In this document: positions 8,866 through 16,484 of the stretch, piece after piece | Layout of the letters: every line of letters begins with the position of its first letter | Position numbering within the stretch: the first letter of the stretch is position 1 | Virus record (IMG/VR): IMGVR_UViG_3300015263_000371 | Strand: one strand, 5' to 3' | DNA: 39,308 bases | Source: a virus | The notes under the pieces: generated by a model | What the model saw: only the letters and a program-made list of their open reading frames with translations | Told to the model about the DNA's origin: nothing | The model's database searches: none | Program-made: the position numbers and the translations under genes

Positions 8866-10233
8866 ATGGCTTCCCTTCTCGATTCATTTGCATTCAATCC
8901 GCAATCCTACACCAGCCTGCTAAGTATGCTGGGGCTTGGTGGCGACTCCGGTTTGCCTCCTAGTGCTGGACCGATGAATATCTCTCCACTCGGCCCCATT
9001 GGGCAAATGCAGGCGTTCCCCGGTCAGGCCGTAGCGCAGGCCGATAAATCGCTTGCGACCCAAGCGGGGCAGGCTCCCGCACAATTGCCACCGCAAGCGA
9101 AGCCGGCGCAATATCAGCCACAGAATGAGGGGCCACCGGAAGCCGGTATTCTTCCGGGCATCTTTGGACGGCTACAGGCAGGCGCAACAAACCTGACCAG
9201 CGGCGGCAACCCGATAGCCGGTATCATAAACGCGATTGGCGGTCTTGCCACGGGCCAGCGTACTGATCCTATCGGTATGCGAATGCAGATGATGAAGGCG
9301 ACCTATGACGCGCTTCTTCCCCAACTCGGTCCCAAGCTCGCTTATGCGGCGGCATTGAACCCGCAGGTGCTTGGGGAGTTGGCGAAGCCGCAAGCAATAG
9401 CTCCGGGTGGAGAATTGGTTTCCGCTCTAGGTGCCGGCCCAGGCGGCGCTCCGTCGTCGCCCGGAACACAATCGGGTGTTATAACGCAAAACACCAATGG
9501 CAAGATGGATGAGGGTACGCTTCGGCAACTTGCCGACCAATATATAGCCGGCGATCCATCCGTATTGCAAAATCTTGGCCGCACGGCAATCGGCGCGATG
9601 AACGTGGTTGAATTGCGCAAGATGATTGTCCGCAGAATGCAGGAAATGGGTATTAGCCCGAGACAGCAGGCCGTCAGGATGGCTGAATTTCAAGGTCTTA
9701 CGGCTTCTGAAAGGACTCTTGGAACTCGCCTTGCGAATGTTACCCAGGGCGTTGAGGAAATGGGGCCGTTGGTCGAGCAATTAAATCAAACCTATTCCAA
9801 AGTTCCGGGGATGACAAATATTGTTCCGTGGAACAAACTGATTCAAAAAGGCGCAACACAACTCGGCAATGCCGATATGGCGCGGGTGAAGGCAGCGGTT
9901 TTCTCGCTGGCGAATGCTTATGCCCGCATGATTAGCCCGACCGGCCAAATCCACCAAGAGAACATCAATCACGCCCTAGAAGTGTTGGGAGAGGGTTATA
10001 GCAAGGGGCAAATGTCGGCGGCTACACAGCAGCTTATGCAGGAAGCCAACGCGATCAAGACCGGCAACAGAAACGCGATGCAAACATTGCGGACAAATTA
10101 TATGTCTGCGGCTGGGAATCATCCAAATATTGATCCCCGTGCCATCAATGCACTTAAGTCCAATCCGGCTCTACGCGACCAATTCGATGCAAAATATGGG
10201 GCGGGCGCTTCTGCTAGTGTCCTGGGTCAGTAA
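8866..10233 (+). CDS. Probable internal virion / ejection protein (455 aa)
   Basis: Disordered P/Q/A/G-rich N-terminal half followed by a helical C-terminal half. Position is between the tail genes and the lysozyme-domain gene. Confidence 0.5.
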   Translation: MASLLDSFAFNPQSYTSLLSMLGLGGDSGLPPSAGPMNISPLGPIGQMQAFPGQAVAQADKSLATQAGQAPAQLPPQAKPAQYQPQNEGPPEAGILPGIFGRLQAGATNLTSGGNPIAGIINAIGGLATGQRTDPIGMRMQMMKATYDALLPQLGPKLAYAAALNPQVLGELAKPQAIAPGGELVSALGAGPGGAPSSPGTQSGVITQNTNGKMDEGTLRQLADQYIAGDPSVLQNLGRTAIGAMNVVELRKMIVRRMQEMGISPRQQAVRMAEFQGLTASERTLGTRLANVTQGVEEMGPLVEQLNQTYSKVPGMTNIVPWNKLIQKGATQLGNADMARVKAAVFSLANAYARMISPTGQIHQENINHALEVLGEGYSKGQMSAATQQLMQEANAIKTGNRNAMQTLRTNYMSAAGNHPNIDPRAINALKSNPALRDQFDAKYGAGASASVLGQ

Positions 10234-11528
10234 TGGCTAACTTTTTCGATCAATTCGACGCCCCCGCTACACAGGGCGCCGCATCAAACTTTTTCGATCA
10301 ATTCGACTCCCCGCAAGCCACCGATTCCAACCAACCGGCATCACAGAATCAACCGCAACAAAAACCATTTAGCATTCTGGATACATGGCCGGTTAAACTA
10401 GCCGAGGGTCTATGGCAGGCCGCAAAATATCCCGGCGAAGTATATGCCGGGAACGAGGTTGTCCCCAGCAGCGCAAACGGCGGCGAGAATATTGATAAAG
10501 TTACAAACCTAGCTGGCATTGCCCCGGTGAGTCAGGTTGTTCCGGCAATGCGGGCCGTCCCGCCAGTTCTTTCATCAATCCGGTCTGCGGCCAAGTCACT
10601 TTACCGGAGGGCCAATAATCTTAAATTTGAATTGAAGCCGGGGGCATTGGGCGATTTCGGTTCTGGCTTGCAAGCGGCCCTGAATCAAGAGGGTTGGAAT
10701 GATGTAACAGCCCCCAAGACAATGGGGCTTATAAACAAACTCCAATCGTCCCCAGAGGGGAGTTTCGTTACTCCGCAGAATATACATTCCGCGCAAAAAT
10801 CATTCGGGATGGTGCGCGATTCGGTTAATAACGACGCGGCGGATAGGGCGGCGGCAGGCATTGCGTTAAACCACTTCAATAACTTTCTGGAAAATCTCGG
10901 TCAAAACGACTTGCGGGCCGGCTCGCCAGACATGGCGCAAAATTATGTTTCGCTCATTAAGGAAGCGAACGGGAACTACACATCGTATAAACTCGGAAAC
11001 TCGCTAGAGCAACGCATATACAACGCGCAAAACAATGCCGCTTCAGCACACTCGGGCGCAAACGTTGAAAATGCCCTGCGCACACAATTCAGACAAATAA
11101 TAAATAACCCCAAATTGCAAAGGGGATATACCCCGGAACAATTGTCTGCCATGCAGCAATTCGTGCGTGGGTCTGGACTTGAAAATATTACCCGAGCGGG
11201 TGGGAATCTTTTGGGCGGCGGCGGCGGTCTTGGAATGATAGCGGCTGGAAGCATTGGTCACCTTATGGGGCTTCCGCCCGAGGCGCTTCCGATGGTCGGC
11301 CTGGCATTAAAGCAATTCGGCAATAACAGGGCGTTGAGCGAAGCCAATCAAATTGCGGAGATGATTAGGGCGGCATCGCCGCTTGCGCGATCCGGGGCCA
11401 AGTCATTGGTAGCAAGGAGTCCGCTCGCGGTCGGGGCAGCGGCGTCAGGTGCGCGGCTATTGCCGCAGTACACCACGCCTCCGAACTTCCAACTTTTGTC
11501 TAACGTAGCTCCATATTTTGCACCCTAG
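10233..11528 (+). CDS. Probable internal virion / ejection protein (431 aa)
   Basis: TAATG overlap with the upstream gene. The N-terminus contains a duplicated NFFDQFD motif, and the C-terminus has Gly-rich hydrophobic segments. Confidence 0.5.
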   Translation: MANFFDQFDAPATQGAASNFFDQFDSPQATDSNQPASQNQPQQKPFSILDTWPVKLAEGLWQAAKYPGEVYAGNEVVPSSANGGENIDKVTNLAGIAPVSQVVPAMRAVPPVLSSIRSAAKSLYRRANNLKFELKPGALGDFGSGLQAALNQEGWNDVTAPKTMGLINKLQSSPEGSFVTPQNIHSAQKSFGMVRDSVNNDAADRAAAGIALNHFNNFLENLGQNDLRAGSPDMAQNYVSLIKEANGNYTSYKLGNSLEQRIYNAQNNAASAHSGANVENALRTQFRQIINNPKLQRGYTPEQLSAMQQFVRGSGLENITRAGGNLLGGGGGLGMIAAGSIGHLMGLPPEALPMVGLALKQFGNNRALSEANQIAEMIRAASPLARSGAKSLVARSPLAVGAAASGARLLPQYTTPPNFQLLSNVAPYFAP

Positions 11529-11672
11529 AATAATACCGACGAACAATAGAACCGATAGCGCACCGTTTTGTGCGTCCGTCAGTGGCAATTTTAGCGCGGC
11601 AACTGCGCTTGCGCACACAACATAAAGAAAGAGAAAAAGCGGGTAACGCGATTTTTCTGGATTTATAACCAT
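11457..11672 (-). CDS. Candidate antisense two-TM small protein (71 aa)
   Basis: ATG 11672 lies inside track ORF 11457-11699. Two hydrophobic helices are present (YPLFLFLYVVCASAVAAL and ALSVLLFVGIILGC). It fills the 142-bp gap in the + late operon, and no promoter or RBS was verified. Confidence 0.25.
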   Translation of the reverse strand: MVINPEKSRYPLFLFLYVVCASAVAALKLPLTDAQNGALSVLLFVGIILGCKIWSYVRQKLEVRRRGVLRQ

Positions 11673-12375
11673 GTCCTCTATTCCTACACCCCAAGACATA
11701 ATATCCTATTTGGGCGGTATTGGCTATTCCCCCGCGCAAAGCGCAGCTATTACGGGGAATATCGAGCAGGAATCCGGCTTTGACCCCAATAATCTCAACA
11801 AGAAAGAAGGCGCATACGGGCTCCTGCAATGGCGCAATGACCGGCTGGCTAACCTACAGAAATACGCCCTAGCCAACGGAAAAGACCCCTCGGATTGGCG
11901 CACACAACTTGATTTTGCCCATCAGGAAATGGGGACGACGGAAGCAAAAAGCGCCGCCCCGTTTCTACAATCGCAAGACGTTTCTAGTGCTAACGCTGCC
12001 CTTAAAAGATATATCCGCTACGGGGATAATTCAGAGGGAACGAGATTAAAAAACGCGACTAATTACCTTCCGGCCACCCCTAATTTCCAGATTGCCCAGG
12101 CAACACCACAACCGGCTCCGCAGACGGCACAGCAGGCACCGCCGGCTCAACAAGTAGAACAACCGGCAGCCAAGCCGATACAGGCTCCGCAGGCCAACCC
12201 AAATCTCCCGGCATTCAGTTGGTCGCCGCGACCTATGCCTGTGTCGGCCCCGGTGCCCGTACAAGCCCCGGCGATGCAATTAGCGCCGCCCATGCCGCCC
12301 CGGCAGATTGATCCGCGTCTATTGCAAGCCCTCGCGCTCCATTTTCAGCGCGTTTACCCAACAAGGATTTCCTAG
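11671..12375 (+). CDS. Phage tail lysozyme-domain protein (234 aa), virion-associated peptidoglycan hydrolase
   Basis: The motif ITGNIEQESGFDPNNLNKKEGAYGLLQWRNDRLANL matches the phage tail lysozyme family pattern (from memory). It has a P/Q/A-rich C-terminal extension. Confidence 0.6.
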   Translation: MSSIPTPQDIISYLGGIGYSPAQSAAITGNIEQESGFDPNNLNKKEGAYGLLQWRNDRLANLQKYALANGKDPSDWRTQLDFAHQEMGTTEAKSAAPFLQSQDVSSANAALKRYIRYGDNSEGTRLKNATNYLPATPNFQIAQATPQPAPQTAQQAPPAQQVEQPAAKPIQAPQANPNLPAFSWSPRPMPVSAPVPVQAPAMQLAPPMPPRQIDPRLLQALALHFQRVYPTRIS

Positions 12376-12897
12376 ATGTTCGACGCGGCCCCGGCGTGGT
12401 TCCGTCTAGCATTGACTGAAATCGGCACAAGAGAAGAACCGGAGAATAAAGGCCCCGCTATCCGCCGCTACATCAACATGGCGCATTGCGGAGAAGAAGG
12501 CGACCCGTGGTGCGCGATCTTCGTCAATGCGATGCTGGAGACTTCCGGTGTTACCGGAACGCGCTCGGCATCCTCTCAGTCTTTCACTCGTAACAGTCAC
12601 TTCGTCCACATGGGCAAACCGGCCCTTGGGGCGGTTGTCGTTTTCTGGCGCGGTAGCGGCCCCCACTCGGGTATCGGCCACGTCGGATTCTACAGGGGAG
12701 AATTGAACGGTTACGTCTATACCCTCGGCGGAAATGAGGGGGATATGGTTCAAATAGAACCGTATCCAAAGAATAGCCCGAGATTCGGGCTTGTCGGTTA
12801 TTTCTGGCCCGCGTCTATCCCGATTCCGCAGACCGGCCCAATCATCATGCCGGCTGGAACTCCAGCCCATCAAACAAATCCAAGCAAAGTCATTTAG
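12376..12897 (+). CDS. TIGR02594-type NlpC/P60-CHAP peptidoglycan hydrolase (173 aa), likely endolysin
   Basis: The motifs PAWFRLALTEIGTRE...DPWCAIFVN...GHVGFY...LGGNEGDMV are typical of the TIGR02594 family. It is followed by small membrane proteins. Confidence 0.75.
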   Translation: MFDAAPAWFRLALTEIGTREEPENKGPAIRRYINMAHCGEEGDPWCAIFVNAMLETSGVTGTRSASSQSFTRNSHFVHMGKPALGAVVVFWRGSGPHSGIGHVGFYRGELNGYVYTLGGNEGDMVQIEPYPKNSPRFGLVGYFWPASIPIPQTGPIIMPAGTPAHQTNPSKVI

Positions 12898-12906
12898 GAG
12901 AATTAA

Positions 12907-13092
12907 ATGGAATACAATGCAACAATTGCCCATATAGCGGCCCGCTTCAAAGAGCCGTCGTCATGGGCCGGGATTGCCGGACTCCTTGGAGTCGTCGGCA
13001 TCCACCTCGATCCTGGCATGGCTAATAGCGTGATGCTTATCGGTGCCGGTATTGCTGGCGTTATCGCCTTCTTGATGCCGGAGAAAAAATGA
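12907..13092 (+). CDS. Holin-like membrane protein (61 aa)
   Basis: AGGAG RBS. Two hydrophobic segments (WAGIAGLLGVVGI and VMLIGAGIAGVIAFLM) and a charged C-terminus. Lies directly after the endolysin candidate. Confidence 0.5.
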   Translation: MEYNATIAHIAARFKEPSSWAGIAGLLGVVGIHLDPGMANSVMLIGAGIAGVIAFLMPEKK

Positions 13093-13322
13093 ATCTCCCG
13101 TGGATTCTCGGCCTCTTGGCCTGCGCAATTTACTTCTCATATTTCGAGTGGAGGGCGTTCAAGCATCCCGAACGCAATAACACCCTCTCTCGTTTCGTTT
13201 GGGGCGTGGGACAGAAATGGCCCTTGTCTCTTGTGTTGTACGGCATGTTGGTCGGCGGGCTTGCCGTTCATTTTTTCTGGAACTGGTGTCCCGCCATAAC
13301 TCCGCCCGGAATAGGCGGCTAA
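13089..13322 (+). CDS. Small membrane protein (77 aa)
   Basis: ATGA coupling to the upstream gene and two predicted TM helices. Confidence 0.5.
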   Translation: MNLPWILGLLACAIYFSYFEWRAFKHPERNNTLSRFVWGVGQKWPLSLVLYGMLVGGLAVHFFWNWCPAITPPGIGG

Positions 13323-13334
13323 AAGGAGCAACTA

Positions 13335-13652
13335 ATGTCGGTTGACGTTTCTAGCATTCTTTCTAACGTAAATCTCAACGCGCTGGTGCCGTCCAGCACG
13401 GACGTAATCAACAACCTTATTCTCGGTGCTGGTACGTCCGTCGTTCTCGCTGGCCTCAAGAGCAAGGCTGGTGCCGATGCGATGGACCCGCTGGGCCTCT
13501 TTCACAAAGACGCGCCCCCGGCTCCCCCGGCCGCCGTCAATAATCCGAATGTGGTTGTTGGCCCGACCATCACAGCGTCGGCCTTCTCGGCGCTCGCCCC
13601 GGCCGCCCAGGCTCAGCTCGCGGCTTCCGGCGTTCACATCATCGCCGGATGA
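13335..13652 (+). CDS. Hypothetical membrane-associated protein (105 aa)
   Basis: AAGGAG RBS. One hydrophobic segment (LILGAGTSVVLAGL) and a Pro/Ala-rich middle region. Confidence 0.45.
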   Translation: MSVDVSSILSNVNLNALVPSSTDVINNLILGAGTSVVLAGLKSKAGADAMDPLGLFHKDAPPAPPAAVNNPNVVVGPTITASAFSALAPAAQAQLAASGVHIIAG

Positions 13653-13969
13653 ACATTGGGGTTCTGGCTGCCCCGGTTTTCCTTCTACGGGTAGCCGGGG
13701 TTGCCGTCCCTATAAATATTCAAGACGTACCAAACATAATTCATGCGTCGGAAGTCTTGGCCCATGCGGTGGAGACTAACCAACCGCTAGATATTACATT
13801 CAAGGAAATCGCACCCGACCTGATGCCGATAGCGGCGACGGTTGCGGATGCTTTCTACCCAGGCTCCGGGCTTGCCGCCCAAGCGATTATCTATCTTCTT
13901 CAACATTCCCGTCCAATGACGTGGGACGAGCAGCAACGCTGGTTCGCCCGCGCTTCCCTAAACGAGTAA
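13649..13969 (+). CDS. Hypothetical protein (106 aa)
   Basis: ATGA coupling to the upstream gene and a hydrophobic N-terminus. Confidence 0.45.
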   Translation: MNIGVLAAPVFLLRVAGVAVPINIQDVPNIIHASEVLAHAVETNQPLDITFKEIAPDLMPIAATVADAFYPGSGLAAQAIIYLLQHSRPMTWDEQQRWFARASLNE

Positions 13970-13977
13970 GGAACGCC

Positions 13978-14211
13978 ATGTTCGCAATCATCATTACATT
14001 TATGGTTTTTCTCGGCGGTCAGCCCTCTTACGGCCCGCAGGATTTGATTTATACGCCCAAGAAATTCGACAGCATGGCGGCTTGCGAGTCCTTTAGGAAC
14101 GGGCCGGACTTCGCTGCGAGCGTGGCGAATTTCAAGATCGAAGCCCTAGCGCAGATTCCGGGCGACGACGTTAAAGTTGAATCCCGCTGTGAATCAACTG
14201 AAAAGAAATGA
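13978..14211 (+). CDS. Small exported / membrane-anchored protein (77 aa)
   Basis: ATG 13978 follows an AAGGAA RBS and lies inside track ORF 13921-14211. The N-terminal hydrophobic segment is MFAIIITFMVFLGG. Confidence 0.45.
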   Translation: MFAIIITFMVFLGGQPSYGPQDLIYTPKKFDSMAACESFRNGPDFAASVANFKIEALAQIPGDDVKVESRCESTEKK

Positions 14212-14657
14212 AACGGTTGTGGCTTGCCGGCGCGATCCTATGTGCTTTGGCTCTCCCGGCTAACAGCATTCCCCACCCAGGAACAATCGTCATAACGGAC
14301 GATGGTGGCGGGGTCGTCAGCGACTACATGAAGTTCTACCAGCGCATAGAGCTTTCCGGTGTCCCCGTCCGTATCGAGGGAATGTGCGTTTCCGCCTGCA
14401 CCCTGGTTCTCGCGCTTCCGCCATCTCAGGTGTGCGTGACGGAAAGGGCATCGTTCGGATTCCATCTAGCGACCATCAATGACATTCCGCAGCCGGAACT
14501 GACGAATGTATTGATCCATAGGTTTTATCCCCCGGCAGTCCAGAAATGGATTGCTGATTATGTAGCCAAGAACGGGGAGCTGACGGTAGATCACGTCGCG
14601 TACATGATCGCACCGGAAATCTTAGCCCTCAATGTGTTTCCCCTGTGCGCACCATGA
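14208..14657 (+). CDS. Secreted protein with ClpP/SppA (S14/S49)-like motif pattern (149 aa)
   Basis: Signal peptide MKRLWLAGAILCALALPANS. The segment ITDDGGGVVSDYMKFYQRI..VPVRIEGMCVSACTLVLA parallels the ClpP-type pattern INSPGG..Y..I...V.T...G.AASMG. Candidate catalytic Ser is in CVSAC and candidate His in FGFH. Confidence 0.4.
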   Translation: MKRLWLAGAILCALALPANSIPHPGTIVITDDGGGVVSDYMKFYQRIELSGVPVRIEGMCVSACTLVLALPPSQVCVTERASFGFHLATINDIPQPELTNVLIHRFYPPAVQKWIADYVAKNGELTVDHVAYMIAPEILALNVFPLCAP

Positions 14658-14818
14658 AACACCTACCCCCTCACATACTTTACACGGCGGACATTGGCGC
14701 GCTCATTGGCGTTGTTAGTGCGAACTTCGGCCTGTTTTCCGGGGCTGTTGGAATATTAGTCGGCATATTGGCTGCGGTGAATTATTCCCTGCAAATCTGG
14801 GACCGCTTTAGAAAATAG
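14654..14818 (+). CDS. Small membrane protein (54 aa), below the ORF-track size cutoff
   Basis: ATGA overlap with the upstream stop. Translation is MKHLPPHILYTADIGALIGVVSANFGLFSGAVGILVGILAAVNYSLQIWDRFRK, and it fills an otherwise empty gap. Confidence 0.4.
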   Translation: MKHLPPHILYTADIGALIGVVSANFGLFSGAVGILVGILAAVNYSLQIWDRFRK

Positions 14819-14834
14819 TTTCAACAACGAATGG

Positions 14835-15575
14835 ATGGATACTTTGCCCGAAACAACCGGCGCGAAGATACTATTTATTGATATTGAGACTGCGCCCCTC
14901 CTGTCTTGGAATTGGGGAGTTTACGAGCAAAACGCCATAGACGTTAAATCGTCTTGGTATATTTTATCGGTCGCGTATAAGTGGCTTGGCGATAAAAAAG
15001 TAAAAACAATAGCTCTGCCGGATTATAAGAGATTCAAGAAGGATAAAGAGGACGATTCGGCGCTCGTATTCGATCTTCATAATTTATTCTGCGAAGCCGA
15101 CATTATCGTAGCCCATAACGGCGATAAATTTGACCTAAAGAAATCGAACGCCAGATTCATATTCCACGGTCTTAAGCCACCGACACCATACAAATCCGTA
15201 GATACGTTGAAGGTTGCGAGGGCTCGATTTTCGTTTACCAGCAACCGGCTTAATGATCTTGGCGCCTATCTCGGGATAGGCCGAAAATTACCCCATACCG
15301 GCTTTCATTTATGGAAAGGCTGCATGGAGGGGAAGCGCAAAGCGTGGTCCCTCATGCGCCGGTACAATGCCCGCGACGTAGAGCTGTTAGAGAAGGTTTA
15401 TCTCCGACTCCGCGCGTGGCACCCATCCCATCCCAAATTAACAGTCTATAGCGAAGCCCCCGGCTGCCCCGTGTGCGAGTCAAGCCACGTCATACGCAGG
15501 GGTTACAATATCGCCATCAAACGCAAATCCCCCCGCTTTCAATGCCGCGATTGCGGCCATTGGTTTTCCAAATAG
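14835..15575 (+). CDS. DEDDy 3'-5' exonuclease (PolB-exonuclease-like, RNase H fold) with C-terminal zinc ribbon (246 aa)
   Basis: Exo I is FIDIET, Exo II is AHNGDKFD and Exo III is YNARDVELL. The C-terminus carries CPVC...CRDC. Confidence 0.75.
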   Translation: MDTLPETTGAKILFIDIETAPLLSWNWGVYEQNAIDVKSSWYILSVAYKWLGDKKVKTIALPDYKRFKKDKEDDSALVFDLHNLFCEADIIVAHNGDKFDLKKSNARFIFHGLKPPTPYKSVDTLKVARARFSFTSNRLNDLGAYLGIGRKLPHTGFHLWKGCMEGKRKAWSLMRRYNARDVELLEKVYLRLRAWHPSHPKLTVYSEAPGCPVCESSHVIRRGYNIAIKRKSPRFQCRDCGHWFSK

Positions 15576-15582
15576 GTGTTTC

Positions 15583-15897
15583 ATGGTTCCATTTGATTCC
15601 GTCCGCGTCGGTCCCTTCGATATTTCCATCATAAAATTATTAGGTGAGGACCGAGACAATAATCTCGGGACATTCTCCGAAACCGCTATGGCTATTTCCC
15701 TGCGGGAAAAATATGCCAGCCAGCAACAGGAGGCGGAAACCCTATTGCATGAAATATTCCATGCCATATTCAAAGTGATGAATCTCAGGGGGAAGGATAC
15801 GGAAGAAAGACTTGTCAGCCTTATGTCGATAGGCATGGCCATGATGATCCGTGACAACCCGGATTTTATGAAATGGCTTATGGAATCCCTGCAATGA
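15583..15897 (+). CDS. Mini HExxH metallopeptidase-like protein (104 aa)
   Basis: The only recognisable motif is LLHEIFHAIF. Confidence 0.45.
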   Translation: MVPFDSVRVGPFDISIIKLLGEDRDNNLGTFSETAMAISLREKYASQQQEAETLLHEIFHAIFKVMNLRGKDTEERLVSLMSIGMAMMIRDNPDFMKWLMESLQ

Positions 15898-16067
15898 TTA
15901 GCTGGACCAAATTTATCGGCAAGCATTTGAAAGAGGAATACGAACGCATGGGCTGGACCGTGAGCGACAGCCTTAAAGGAACCCCGCATGGGGAATGGTC
16001 ATATATCGGAGTCTGGAAGGGAGAGGGAAAGCCCCCGCTACCGGAGAGCGAGAAGAATGCAACATAA
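15894..16067 (+). CDS. Hypothetical protein (57 aa; alternative start 15873)
   Basis: ATG 15894 forms an ATGA overlap with the upstream stop and is in frame with track ORF 15873-16067. Confidence 0.4.
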   Translation: MISWTKFIGKHLKEEYERMGWTVSDSLKGTPHGEWSYIGVWKGEGKPPLPESEKNAT

Positions 16068-16242
16068 GAATGTGAAATGCTTAACGGCGGGTCAACCCGC
16101 GTCCGATAAGGCATATCTGTCCCTTACCGATATGGCGGGTCAAACGCTGTGCCACAATCTCAGCAAGAAACAATGGGCGCTATTGAATTATCTAAGTGCG
16201 AAGGTTCTTCATTCCTGGGAACCGGCAGACGAAAATAAATAG
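16057..16242 (+). CDS. Hypothetical protein (61 aa), last gene of the + late operon
   Basis: ATG 16057 follows a GGAGAG RBS and lies inside track ORF 15988-16242. Confidence 0.35.
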   Translation: MQHKNVKCLTAGQPASDKAYLSLTDMAGQTLCHNLSKKQWALLNYLSAKVLHSWEPADENK

Positions 16243-16251
16243 CGGCCCTTT

Positions 16252-16461
16252 TCATAATTCGATTGCGGTCTTGGCGATTGCGCGGATTATCTTTCGCTCA
16301 TTCTTTCCGAATGACTTAGGCCATTTTACTTCCGCCAGCCCCTTCGGGGTCCAAGCCGATAGCGCATTGCCATTTACTGTATGCGGGCCACCATCCAGCG
16401 GCACAAGGAACTTGATTGCGTCGGCAACCCGTTCAATCCGTTTCTTAGTAGCCCGCCTCAT
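16252..16461 (-). CDS. Hypothetical protein (69 aa), last gene of the accessory minus-strand operon
   Basis: Track ORF starting at ATG 16461, convergent with the end of the late operon. Confidence 0.45.
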   Translation of the reverse strand: MRRATKKRIERVADAIKFLVPLDGGPHTVNGNALSAWTPKGLAEVKWPKSFGKNERKIIRAIAKTAIEL

Positions 16462-16484
16462 GCTATCCGGCTATTTCTCCAACC

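Noticed and set aside
13426-13779. 117-aa alternate-frame ORF overlapping 13335-13652 and 13649-13969
   Set aside because: It is an Arg/Pro/Ser-rich out-of-frame product. The two in-series ORFs, with RBS and ATGA coupling, explain the region better.
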